Positions 1 through 6,593 of a stretch of DNA of 26,910 nucleotides are shown in pieces. Position numbers and translations under genes: made by a program. This DNA comes from a virus. Taxonomy: Duplodnaviria > Caudoviricetes. Location of the stretch: IMG/VR virus record IMGVR_UViG_3300027815_000019, positions 1 through 26,910 of that record. One strand, 5' to 3'. Position 1 is the first letter of the stretch. Each line of letters opens with the position of its first letter. The notes beneath the pieces were generated by a model. The model did not search any database and was not told where the DNA came from. It saw only the letters and a program-made list of their open reading frames with translations.

Positions 1-10
1 CTTCCGATCT
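1..10 (+). other. Probable Illumina adapter remnant (CTTCCGATCT)
   Basis: The first 10 nt equal the 3' end of the TruSeq adapter/primer (...GCTCTTCCGATCT) and lie exactly at the window start. Confidence 0.75.
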
Positions 11-292
11 GTCAGTGACCAGGAAGCAGCGGTCCCCGGCCGGCTCTTTTAGGAACTTCCCGGCCGGCGTCTTGCCCTTCAGGTTGATATGCATGCCGCC
101 GAAGCGATCGGCGTCGAAGCCGGTCTCCATGCAATGCTGCGCGAGCTCGTGCGCAGCCGTTCCCTCGTCCGCATAAACAGACCCCTTGTCGGCGATGCCT
201 TCACTAAGGCGCACCGAGCCAGGGCAATTGAACCATCGCTTACTCGCCGAAGGGGAGAGCTTGGCGTGGCCGCGTTGAGTGTGGGCTGTCAT
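11..292 (-). CDS. DUF2800-family (Cas4-like/PD-(D/E)xK) phage exonuclease, N-terminal part, truncated at the window edge
   Basis: Own translation from ATG 292: MTAHTQRGHAKLSPSASKRWFNCPGSVRLSEG...ADEGTAAHELAQHCM. The HAxLSPS..RWxxCPGS and EGTxAH motifs are typical of the family. ATGA overlap with the upstream gene. Confidence 0.85.
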
Positions 293-468
293 GCCAGCGC
301 ATCCATGAGCGCGTCTTGCAAACACTCGCGCGCCGCATGTAGGCGTACCGCGTCTGCATAATCATCAACGTTTTTTGCTGCGGCAATGAACGTCTCTATG
401 GCGTCGACCAATGACTCCACACACAACTCACGCTCCTCACGCTCCCCCCATTCGGGCCGGCTACTCAC
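289..468 (-). CDS. Small hypothetical protein (59 aa)
   Basis: GTG start overlaps the previous stop (GTGA at 468-465), and its own stop overlaps the next ATG (ATGA at 292-289). Confidence 0.65.
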   Translation of the reverse strand: MSSRPEWGEREERELCVESLVDAIETFIAAAKNVDDYADAVRLHAARECLQDALMDALA

Positions 469-950
469 TTCGCCACCCACGCAGCGGCCGCCGCGACGAA
501 CGCCGCCCGCTTGCCGTCCGTGACTTCGCTCGCCGACTTCACGCCGAACTCGTCACGCAGCTTGCGGCATTGATCGACGCCGTGCTTGCTGGCGACATCG
601 CGCAGCGCGGCACGGATGTCGTCAGCGGTCAGCGGCTTCGCATCGGCGGGCTTGTCCGCGAGCTTGTTGACCGCGTCCTCGAAGTCCGCTTGCTCCGGTG
701 CGACTTCGCCGGCCTTCTTTGCCGTCTGGTCACGCTTCTTGCCTTCCGCCGGCTTTTCCGGGGGCAGCACTTCGACGTTCACGCCGGCGGCATGCTCGAC
801 AGCGGCATCCGATGTTTCGTTCGGCGGCTCGACTATATTCCCCTGCGCAGGCCGCGCACTGTTCGCCATACCGATAGCGAGCTTCAGCACTTCCCGCATG
901 ACGGACCCGGCATCTGGACCGCTGATCGTGATGGTAATGTTGTTCGACAT
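465..950 (-). CDS. Conserved phage protein with a helical C-terminal domain, of the type usually found upstream of DUF2800
   Basis: RBS AAGGA before ATG 950 (MSNNITITISG). C-terminus LTADDIRAALRDVASKHGVDQCRKLRDEFGVKSASEV. Gene context. Confidence 0.75.
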   Translation of the reverse strand: MSNNITITISGPDAGSVMREVLKLAIGMANSARPAQGNIVEPPNETSDAAVEHAAGVNVEVLPPEKPAEGKKRDQTAKKAGEVAPEQADFEDAVNKLADKPADAKPLTADDIRAALRDVASKHGVDQCRKLRDEFGVKSASEVTDGKRAAFVAAAAAWVAK

Positions 951-969
951 TGTTCGTTCCTTTCTACAG

Positions 970-2472
970 TTAGACCAAAAGTTCATTCAAGGCACTGGTT
1001 GAGGTCGATCGCTTCCGCAGCGGCGCGGATGAACTCGATCGCCGCTTCGCGGTTGATCGCGTTGCCGTAGGCGCGCAGTCGTCCCACGCGGTTTCGATCC
1101 CCATAAGCCAGCGGGAATGTCCCGCTCTCAACTGGCCGCGCTTTTCCGTCGGTGCAGGGAATCCAGCCGGCGTCTCGCCAGAAGCCGTTGACCGGGCCAG
1201 CAACGCAAAGTCCTGAAGGTTCGAGCCGTGGCGATCCGGCCCATGCGCCCTCTTCGCTTGGCCGCCGCGCTCCGCGTCGTGAACTGTCGGCGTCGGCCAG
1301 TTCGCGAGTTGCGCCACCAGCGACAGCCCCGTGGGCTTCGTGTTGTCGATCTTTATTCCCTTCGCTCGCGCTCGATCGAAACGATGTTGCTGTTCTTCTG
1401 GCGTCCCGCCCGGCTCGTGCGCCGCCGGGGTAGGCCAGCTCGCGAGCGTCGCTACTTGATTGAGACTCACTGTCGCTTTGCTGCCGTCCGGACGCCGACC
1501 CGTGGCGCTCGCATCTTTCCCCATCTGCGAGCCGTCCGCGTTGCCCTTCGTCGGGGTTGGCCAACTCGCCAAGCAGGCCGCTTGATTCAAGTCCTGCGGC
1601 CCGCCCTTGCGCTCGATCTCGCGCAAGGAGCCTTCCAGCGTACGAACATTCTTCTCGTCGTCCGATGCTCGCGCTGTAGGCCAAGAACCACAATCGCTGC
1701 CGGATGTGCGGCGCCCCGACGCCCGCAGCCGGTAGATCGACCGGCCCGAGGGTGTAACCAATTCCTTCCAAGTCAGCTTGAACAACGTGGAACCAAGGGC
1801 TGCCGTCCGGCGGCGCAAATTCTCTGCTAACTGCTTCGATAATTCGTTCGATCTCTGCCTCCGCTTGGCCAGCACGCCAAGCGCCAACTCCACCATCTTC
1901 TGCTCGCCCCAATCCCCCATTGCGCTGTTTACTGCGTGGCAAACCACGCGAATATTGGAGTGGAGGTACCCCGCTGACGATTCGATCCTGTCCAGTGATG
2001 GACTGTCCCATGTCCGACCGCCCTCCAAGTTGAACGGAAGTCCGGTCACTTCGCACGTCCCGTGGTTTATGCGCTGCTGAATGTTCAAAACGTAACTGTC
2101 GAGATTGAAAGGCACCCCCTTCTTCGTTGCTCGCTCCCTCGCGTGCCGGATCAAATCCTTCGCTCTGTTGTTCTTCCGATACTTCATTTGATACGCACGA
2201 TCCTTTTCCAGCACTACCAACGACCGCGGACGACGCGACTTGTTCACCGAAGATAACTCCGGGCCGGCACTCGGCGATAAGCCGGTAGAACTCCGGCCAA
2301 AGATGTCTCTCGTCGGCTTCGCCGCCGCGCTTCCCAGCCGCCGAGAAGGGCTGGCAGGGACACGATCCGGTCCATACTTCACGCTCATCGGGCCATCCGG
2401 CACCGCGGAGAGCTGCGGACCAGATGCCGATGCCGGCGAAGAAGTGACATTGCGTGTAACCTTTGAGGTCAT
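970..2472 (-). CDS. Overprinted methyltransferase beta polypeptide with an embedded HNH-like domain (true start uncertain: 2472, or ~2214/2187)
   Basis: 500-codon open frame overlapping the alpha gene. It contains CEVTGLPF..SPSLDRIESSAGY..NIRVVCHAVN (HNH-like), four WPT(P) repeats and GQLRAGHSRWLMG (motif IX-like). Confidence 0.75.
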   Translation of the reverse strand: MTSKVTRNVTSSPASASGPQLSAVPDGPMSVKYGPDRVPASPSRRLGSAAAKPTRDIFGRSSTGLSPSAGPELSSVNKSRRPRSLVVLEKDRAYQMKYRKNNRAKDLIRHARERATKKGVPFNLDSYVLNIQQRINHGTCEVTGLPFNLEGGRTWDSPSLDRIESSAGYLHSNIRVVCHAVNSAMGDWGEQKMVELALGVLAKRRQRSNELSKQLAENLRRRTAALGSTLFKLTWKELVTPSGRSIYRLRASGRRTSGSDCGSWPTARASDDEKNVRTLEGSLREIERKGGPQDLNQAACLASWPTPTKGNADGSQMGKDASATGRRPDGSKATVSLNQVATLASWPTPAAHEPGGTPEEQQHRFDRARAKGIKIDNTKPTGLSLVAQLANWPTPTVHDAERGGQAKRAHGPDRHGSNLQDFALLARSTASGETPAGFPAPTEKRGQLRAGHSRWLMGIETAWDDCAPTATRSTAKRRSSSSAPLRKRSTSTSALNELLV

Positions 2473-2593
2473 CTGCTTGAACGTCCTTTATGCTTCGATC
2501 GTCAACATCGCCCGGAGCAATGTGCCCCTTCGCGATAAGCTCCCGTAGCCACGCAACGCAGTACGGGTCGATTTCGTTGTAGTACGCACTCAC
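983..2593 (-). CDS. C5 DNA cytosine methyltransferase, alpha polypeptide (motifs I-VIII and X)
   Basis: GTG start overlapping the upstream stop. Motifs FFAGIG (I), GSCPCQPFS (IV), GEQV (VI), PHIRQRLW (VIII) and RLRAYGNAI (X). No motif IX is recognisable in this frame. Confidence 0.9.
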   Translation of the reverse strand: MSAYYNEIDPYCVAWLRELIAKGHIAPGDVDDRSIKDVQADDLKGYTQCHFFAGIGIWSAALRGAGWPDEREVWTGSCPCQPFSAAGKRGGEADERHLWPEFYRLIAECRPGVIFGEQVASSAVVGSAGKGSCVSNEVSEEQQSEGFDPAREGASNEEGGAFQSRQLRFEHSAAHKPRDVRSDRTSVQLGGRSDMGQSITGQDRIVSGVPPLQYSRGLPRSKQRNGGLGRAEDGGVGAWRAGQAEAEIERIIEAVSREFAPPDGSPWFHVVQADLEGIGYTLGPVDLPAAGVGAPHIRQRLWFLAYSASIGRREECSYAGRLLARDRAQGRAAGLESSGLLGELANPDEGQRGRLADGERCERHGSASGRQQSDSESQSSSDARELAYPGGARAGRDARRTATSFRSSASEGNKDRQHEAHGAVAGGATRELADADSSRRGARRPSEEGAWAGSPRLEPSGLCVAGPVNGFWRDAGWIPCTDGKARPVESGTFPLAYGDRNRVGRLRAYGNAINREAAIEFIRAAAEAIDLNQCLE

Positions 2594-2832
2594 AGCATAA
2601 ATTCGCTGACCGGCGGATACGGCCGCTGCATCACGCCGCGCAGCGAAACCTCGACTTCGTAAGCCGCCATCGCGCAGCCTGCGAGCGCCTTCATCTCCGC
2701 TATGTTCAGCGACCGTATCGGCCGCGCCGTGTTTATCGTCCCCTTCAGCCAGGCGACCATTTCGCGGGCTACGTGCTCGGTTGTCTTGTCCAGCCACTCG
2801 TTGTCAGGAGACGCTTGCTTTTTGCTGGTCAC
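2590..2832 (-). CDS. Hypothetical protein (80 aa)
   Basis: GTG start with GGGG upstream. Its stop overlaps the methyltransferase start (GTGA). Confidence 0.65.
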   Translation of the reverse strand: MTSKKQASPDNEWLDKTTEHVAREMVAWLKGTINTARPIRSLNIAEMKALAGCAMAAYEVEVSLRGVMQRPYPPVSEFML

Positions 2833-2846
2833 AACAAACCCCAACT

Positions 2847-3683
2847 TTATACAATGCCAAAACGCCGCAACCGATCGAAGAACTCCCCCTGCGCACGGAG
2901 CGGCGCCCACCGGATGATCTTCTCCGGCAACGGGGCGGCGTGCTCATAGCGAGCGCCCCACGGATATGGGCCAGGCCCCATCAAGTCGCGTTTCTCGGTC
3001 ATCAGCACCCGCATGTCGGCGGTATGAACGCCCTCCTTGATGTCCGTTGGCATCGGATATGTCAGCCCCGCTTTGGTGAAGATGGCGCGGTCGAGAGTTT
3101 CTTTAAGCGCCCGGATCGCCTCTTTGACGCCGCCACCCACAAGATGTGCTTCCATACCCCCGACAGCCGGCTGTGTGATGTCGCCGATGTACGCCTCGTG
3201 CGCATCGTGCAGCAGTCCGTATGCGCGCCAATAACCCGGCAGCATATCCGCGACGATGCACGAGTGCTGAGCGACGCTGTACGCCCCTGCGGCGCCGGCG
3301 AAGCGGTTGCTGAAAGACAAGTGACTGTTGATATCGTACCACCGGATGTCATCTGGCGACGTGCCAACCAGCGGGACACAATTGCCGGCGTATGTCTGCA
3401 TCCACGGACGGCCACCGAACGGCGCGGTCACTTCATCATGCCGTCGAGGGGGGATTCTTCCATTGCCGCAGAAGCCGTCTTTTTCGTGCTCGTGGATGGC
3501 ACCCACAGCTTGCGCAGCAGGAACAGCGGGAACCCGTATTCGTTCTCCACGTTGATGTCGACGCGCGGCGGCGTTAAGACGGGCGAGGAGGGTAGTTTCC
3601 GTTTCGGATTCATTCGTCATAGTCCCCCGTTCGTGGTCGTCGAATAGCAGATCGTAGATGGCTTGCAGTTCTTCGCCGGTCAT
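2847..3683 (-). CDS. HD-domain phosphohydrolase (YfbR/YfdR-like 5'-deoxynucleotidase); alternative start at GTG 3431
   Basis: Motifs RFAG..YSVAQHS, LLHDAHEAYIGD and ADMRVLMTEKRDL. ATG 3683 overlaps the upstream stop (TGATG). Confidence 0.85.
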   Translation of the reverse strand: MTGEELQAIYDLLFDDHERGTMTNESETETTLLARLNAAARRHQRGERIRVPAVPAAQAVGAIHEHEKDGFCGNGRIPPRRHDEVTAPFGGRPWMQTYAGNCVPLVGTSPDDIRWYDINSHLSFSNRFAGAAGAYSVAQHSCIVADMLPGYWRAYGLLHDAHEAYIGDITQPAVGGMEAHLVGGGVKEAIRALKETLDRAIFTKAGLTYPMPTDIKEGVHTADMRVLMTEKRDLMGPGPYPWGARYEHAAPLPEKIIRWAPLRAQGEFFDRLRRFGIV

Positions 3684-4693
3684 CAGAAATCTCCCTCGGC
3701 CACTTGCGCGCATGGCATGCCGATCTCGCGCCACATCTTCACAACCTCGGCGATTTCTGCTGCGCGCTTCTGTGCCTTGTCCCGCTTGGCGAGCAAGTCT
3801 GTGAATAACGACTCGTTCACTTTAAGATATGACTTGAGTACGTCTTCCTTTAATTTTTCTGGGTTATTCATTCTCGATAGTAAGCCGTCGTTGGTTTGCA
3901 GGTAACGGCAGAAATCTCGCAGTTCAGCATTGCGTTGAAGTTGCTTGGCGACTCCTTCGAAGCTGGTTCGTAATTTCTTGTCTTTGAGTATCAATTCCTT
4001 TTCTTTGGCGATCACTTCTTCAAGTTCTTCCTGTGTATTGATCTCGACATCCTTCCCCTCTGACTTTAGGTGGACGGAGTGCTTGGCATCAAAGAACCCG
4101 TTTTTTGCAAGGCTGTCTGCAATTTGCCCAGCATTGTAGTAAACAAACATTCCTTTCTTGAAGAAAGTGGAGCCATCCAGCAATTCGTTATAAGTACGGA
4201 TATATGTTTCTATCGCATCCTTCAGACCCTTTGTTCCAAGAGCGGTCATGACCTTCTCGTTGAACACCTTGTCGTACTCAATATCGGAAAAAATGGAGTC
4301 CTTTTGTTTTTGAACTTCATCCCGAACGCGCCCTAGCGCGACGAAAACATCGTCCCCGCTCGTAAACGCGGACGAAATTTCCGTTTCGAAATCGACGTTT
4401 GATTTTGATTGCTCGCTGATTGCAGCAAGGAGGGCATCCTTCGCGTCATTCGTAGGGCTCAAAAGACTCGTTAGTTCTTTTCTCAATTCAGAATTTACGA
4501 GGAGGACTGACGTTTGCCCACTTGGACCCAAGTCTGGATCGTAGGGCACGACCACAAGTACGCGCGGTCCCTCAACCGAATCACCCTTCTCATCTGTGAT
4601 GTTCCTCGTGGTCGCGTGCGCAGCAAAAATTCGATCTTTTGATTTTTCATTCTTGGAAGCATCTAGAAATGTTTGCGCAAACGATGATTTCAT
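3683..4693 (-). CDS. Chimeric ORF: internal fragment of a bacterial RloC/PrrC-like ABC ATPase fused to the last ~20 aa of the phage HAD phosphatase
   Basis: Starts at MKSSFAQTF (tail of a degenerate Walker A) and continues as a Lys/Glu-rich coiled coil, with no ABC signature or Walker B. Ends in VVKMWREIGMPCAQVAEGDF, a typical PNK-phosphatase C-terminus. GC is visibly lower than in the flanks. Confidence 0.7.
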   Translation of the reverse strand: MKSSFAQTFLDASKNEKSKDRIFAAHATTRNITDEKGDSVEGPRVLVVVPYDPDLGPSGQTSVLLVNSELRKELTSLLSPTNDAKDALLAAISEQSKSNVDFETEISSAFTSGDDVFVALGRVRDEVQKQKDSIFSDIEYDKVFNEKVMTALGTKGLKDAIETYIRTYNELLDGSTFFKKGMFVYYNAGQIADSLAKNGFFDAKHSVHLKSEGKDVEINTQEELEEVIAKEKELILKDKKLRTSFEGVAKQLQRNAELRDFCRYLQTNDGLLSRMNNPEKLKEDVLKSYLKVNESLFTDLLAKRDKAQKRAAEIAEVVKMWREIGMPCAQVAEGDF

Positions 4694-4995
4694 TACAGCC
4701 TACCACTGGTAAGGGGGGTTGTGAAGTGTAACGGTGCCCCTCCGGGCAGGGCGTGGCGGCGCAACCAGTCCTCGGTTGCCTCTCGGCACTGGTCACTGCG
4801 GCCGGAGATGTAGATGATCCTGGCGCCAGCCAGCGCCACGTCAATTGCAAGATTGATCATGTGCTGGATCGGGGCGTCATCCGGGCAGGCAGCGAAGAAG
4901 CCGTCCCAGTCCTTCGGGGTCTGCTGAATTAACGGCAAGCGATGCGAAAGGTCCGCGAGCGTCCCGTCGATGTCAAAAATGTAGCATCGGCTCAT
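4693..4995 (-). pseudogene. N-terminal part of a T4 PseT-like HAD 3'-phosphatase, interrupted by an insertion
   Basis: FDIDGTLAD (HAD motif I) and ISGR (motif II) are present. The motif III/IV segment (K...DD) is missing, and the C-terminal remnant lies at 3683-3745. Confidence 0.8.
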
Positions 4996-5483
4996 TTAAA
5001 CTGTTCCTCTCTCTGTTCTGGCTGCACCCCGCAGTAGCCTTCCGTGCACTTCATCTCGAATATCGCGATTGCGTCGGCCTCGTTGTCGTCGCCCGGCTCA
5101 TATCCCCAGCAACGCGCCGCATTCATCATAGCTGCCTTGTCGGCGTTGCCTTTGCCGGTCGCCCACTTCTTGATCGTGCCGACCGGGACGCCGGCGTACT
5201 CTACGTTATTCTGCACGCACCACGTCATCAGCGTTTGCGCCAGGCCGCCGTAGACCTGCGCGGCGTAGGTGCCGGCGTGGCGCTTCACTTCTTCGTAGAA
5301 GACGAAGCTGATTCCCAATTCGGATTGCAGCTTATCGAGCTGGCGAATGAACTTCACGCCGCGCATGCCGGCGCTTTCACCGCGGGCCGGCTTGAGCGGC
5401 CACGATCCGCTCGACGACGCGCCGGGGCGGCCAACTGCAAAGCCGGTGGTGGTGCCAAGATCGAGTGTTAGGATGTTAGTCAT
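4992..5483 (-). CDS. RuvC-like Holliday junction resolvase
   Basis: LTLDLGTTTGFA, FYEEV, IKKWATGKGNADK and DDNEADAIA. Confidence 0.85.
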   Translation of the reverse strand: MTNILTLDLGTTTGFAVGRPGASSSGSWPLKPARGESAGMRGVKFIRQLDKLQSELGISFVFYEEVKRHAGTYAAQVYGGLAQTLMTWCVQNNVEYAGVPVGTIKKWATGKGNADKAAMMNAARCWGYEPGDDNEADAIAIFEMKCTEGYCGVQPEQREEQFK

Positions 5484-5977
5484 GCAGGGTGCCGCTTGCC
5501 GTACGCCGCGCGGTACTCGCGCAAGGCGTTCTCGGCTTCCGGTGACATGGTCTCCTGTGCGCGGTCGAGACGATCCTGCTCAGTGATACAAGGCTTCTTC
5601 GCAAGTTCTTCGGCGGCAAGCTCGCTCGCCGTCTGCCAGCGCAATGTTGGGCGCGAAGTCGCAGTCACCGCCGGCAGCACCATCTCGCCGTAGCAGAGCG
5701 CATACCCGAGAATATCGACGACGCTGTCGCGGTAATCCGGCGTTTCAGCAAGGCGCGCGACCTTCATCAGGATCATGAGCAACGCGACATCGCGCGGATG
5801 GATGCCCCCGGCGAGTTGCGTTCCATTCGCGTCTCTCGGCGCGATGTTTGAGAAATGCGCGTTCCACATCCGCGCGATGCGAGCGAAGTTGTCTTCCGGC
5901 TTGCCATAAGCCGCGCGCTTGGTGCTGGTAACGATCTTTACCGCTTCCGCGGCGAGTTCCTGCTTGATGTCCGTCAT
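5480..5977 (-). CDS. DUF6378-like phage protein
   Basis: RAAYGKPEDNFARIARMW...DVALLMILMKVAR...DSVVDILGYA. RBS GGGAG. Confidence 0.75.
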   Translation of the reverse strand: MTDIKQELAAEAVKIVTSTKRAAYGKPEDNFARIARMWNAHFSNIAPRDANGTQLAGGIHPRDVALLMILMKVARLAETPDYRDSVVDILGYALCYGEMVLPAVTATSRPTLRWQTASELAAEELAKKPCITEQDRLDRAQETMSPEAENALREYRAAYGKRHPA

Positions 5978-6046
5978 GATGAGTCTCCCTTGCGTGTGTC
6001 ATAAGCACGACTCGTATACCGAAGTAAACAGACAAAAGCCGCAAAG

Positions 6047-6286
6047 TTATTCAGCGTGCTCACTGATAAACTTCAGCACGTTGTCGACGGTGGCCGTGTG
6101 GAACCCGCGGCGCCCGGCGCGCATGTGCCGCACGAAGTCGGTATTACCGGCCGCCTTCACCGAGAACGATGTCTGCGAGATCGTCTGCTTCGCCAGGAAT
6201 TCCTCGACGAGCGGCCGGAAGCGCGCAAGCACTGCTCGCGCCGCTCTGGCCTCTTGGCAGATTTGAGAAAGGGTGCGATCGGTCAT
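6047..6286 (-). CDS. Cro-like HTH DNA-binding protein
   Basis: VEEFLAKQTISQTSFSVKAAGNTDFVRHMRAGR resembles small alphaproteobacterial phage HTH proteins. RBS GAGGGG and ATGA coupling. Confidence 0.7.
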   Translation of the reverse strand: MTDRTLSQICQEARAARAVLARFRPLVEEFLAKQTISQTSFSVKAAGNTDFVRHMRAGRRGFHTATVDNVLKFISEHAE

Positions 6287-6393
6287 CGGAGCGTCCCCTC
6301 GGACCCATCAATCCACACGATTAAAGCAGCGCATAAAATTAAACAAATAAAGCAGGATAACAGCATAATTCCCGCTATTGCGATCGTGCTCAT
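6283..6393 (-). CDS. Small single-pass membrane peptide (36 aa)
   Basis: MSTIAIAGIMLLSCFICLILCAALIVWIDGSEGTLR, with ATGA overlaps at both ends. Confidence 0.55.
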   Translation of the reverse strand: MSTIAIAGIMLLSCFICLILCAALIVWIDGSEGTLR

Positions 6394-6476
6394 CGGATCA
6401 GCATTGCGATGACGTATACAAACAGCATCACTTGCACAAACACAAATATGAAGAAGAGTATGTCCGTGATTTTCAT
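6390..6476 (-). CDS. Small single-pass membrane peptide (28 aa)
   Basis: MKITDILFFIFVFVQVMLFVYVIAMLIR. RBS GGAGGG upstream; its stop overlaps the next ATG. Confidence 0.55.
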   Translation of the reverse strand: MKITDILFFIFVFVQVMLFVYVIAMLIR

Positions 6477-6499
6477 GTGCTGCCCTCCCTGCCATGTAC

Positions 6500-6575
6500 T
6501 GCTTCGACGAACTATGTTGACAATATGCGGCCATGTCTGAGACATTGTCAACAGTCTTTCGACAAAATCAGACAT
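6500..6575. promoter_or_regulatory. Divergent promoter region with a perfect 10-bp inverted repeat containing TTGACA on each strand
   Basis: TGTTGACAAT (6515-6524) / ATTGTCAACA (6544-6553), between the leftward operon and the primase gene. Confidence 0.6.
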
Positions 6576-6593
6576 CAGGGGGCGAGCTCCGGC

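Noticed and set aside
1805-2220. Intein or group I intron as the explanation for the methyltransferase insert
   Set aside because: No terminal His-Asn followed by Cys/Ser/Thr in either frame, no recognisable group I core, and almost the whole insert is taken up by the HNH-like coding sequence.
3737-4726. IS or Tn3-type transposon
   Set aside because: No transposase and no target-site duplication; host codons are lost; one inverted repeat copy is native coding sequence.
6378-6593. Extended N-terminus of the primase ORF from 6378
   Set aside because: It overlaps the divergent promoter and the small leftward ORFs; the recognisable Prim-Pol domain begins after 6594.
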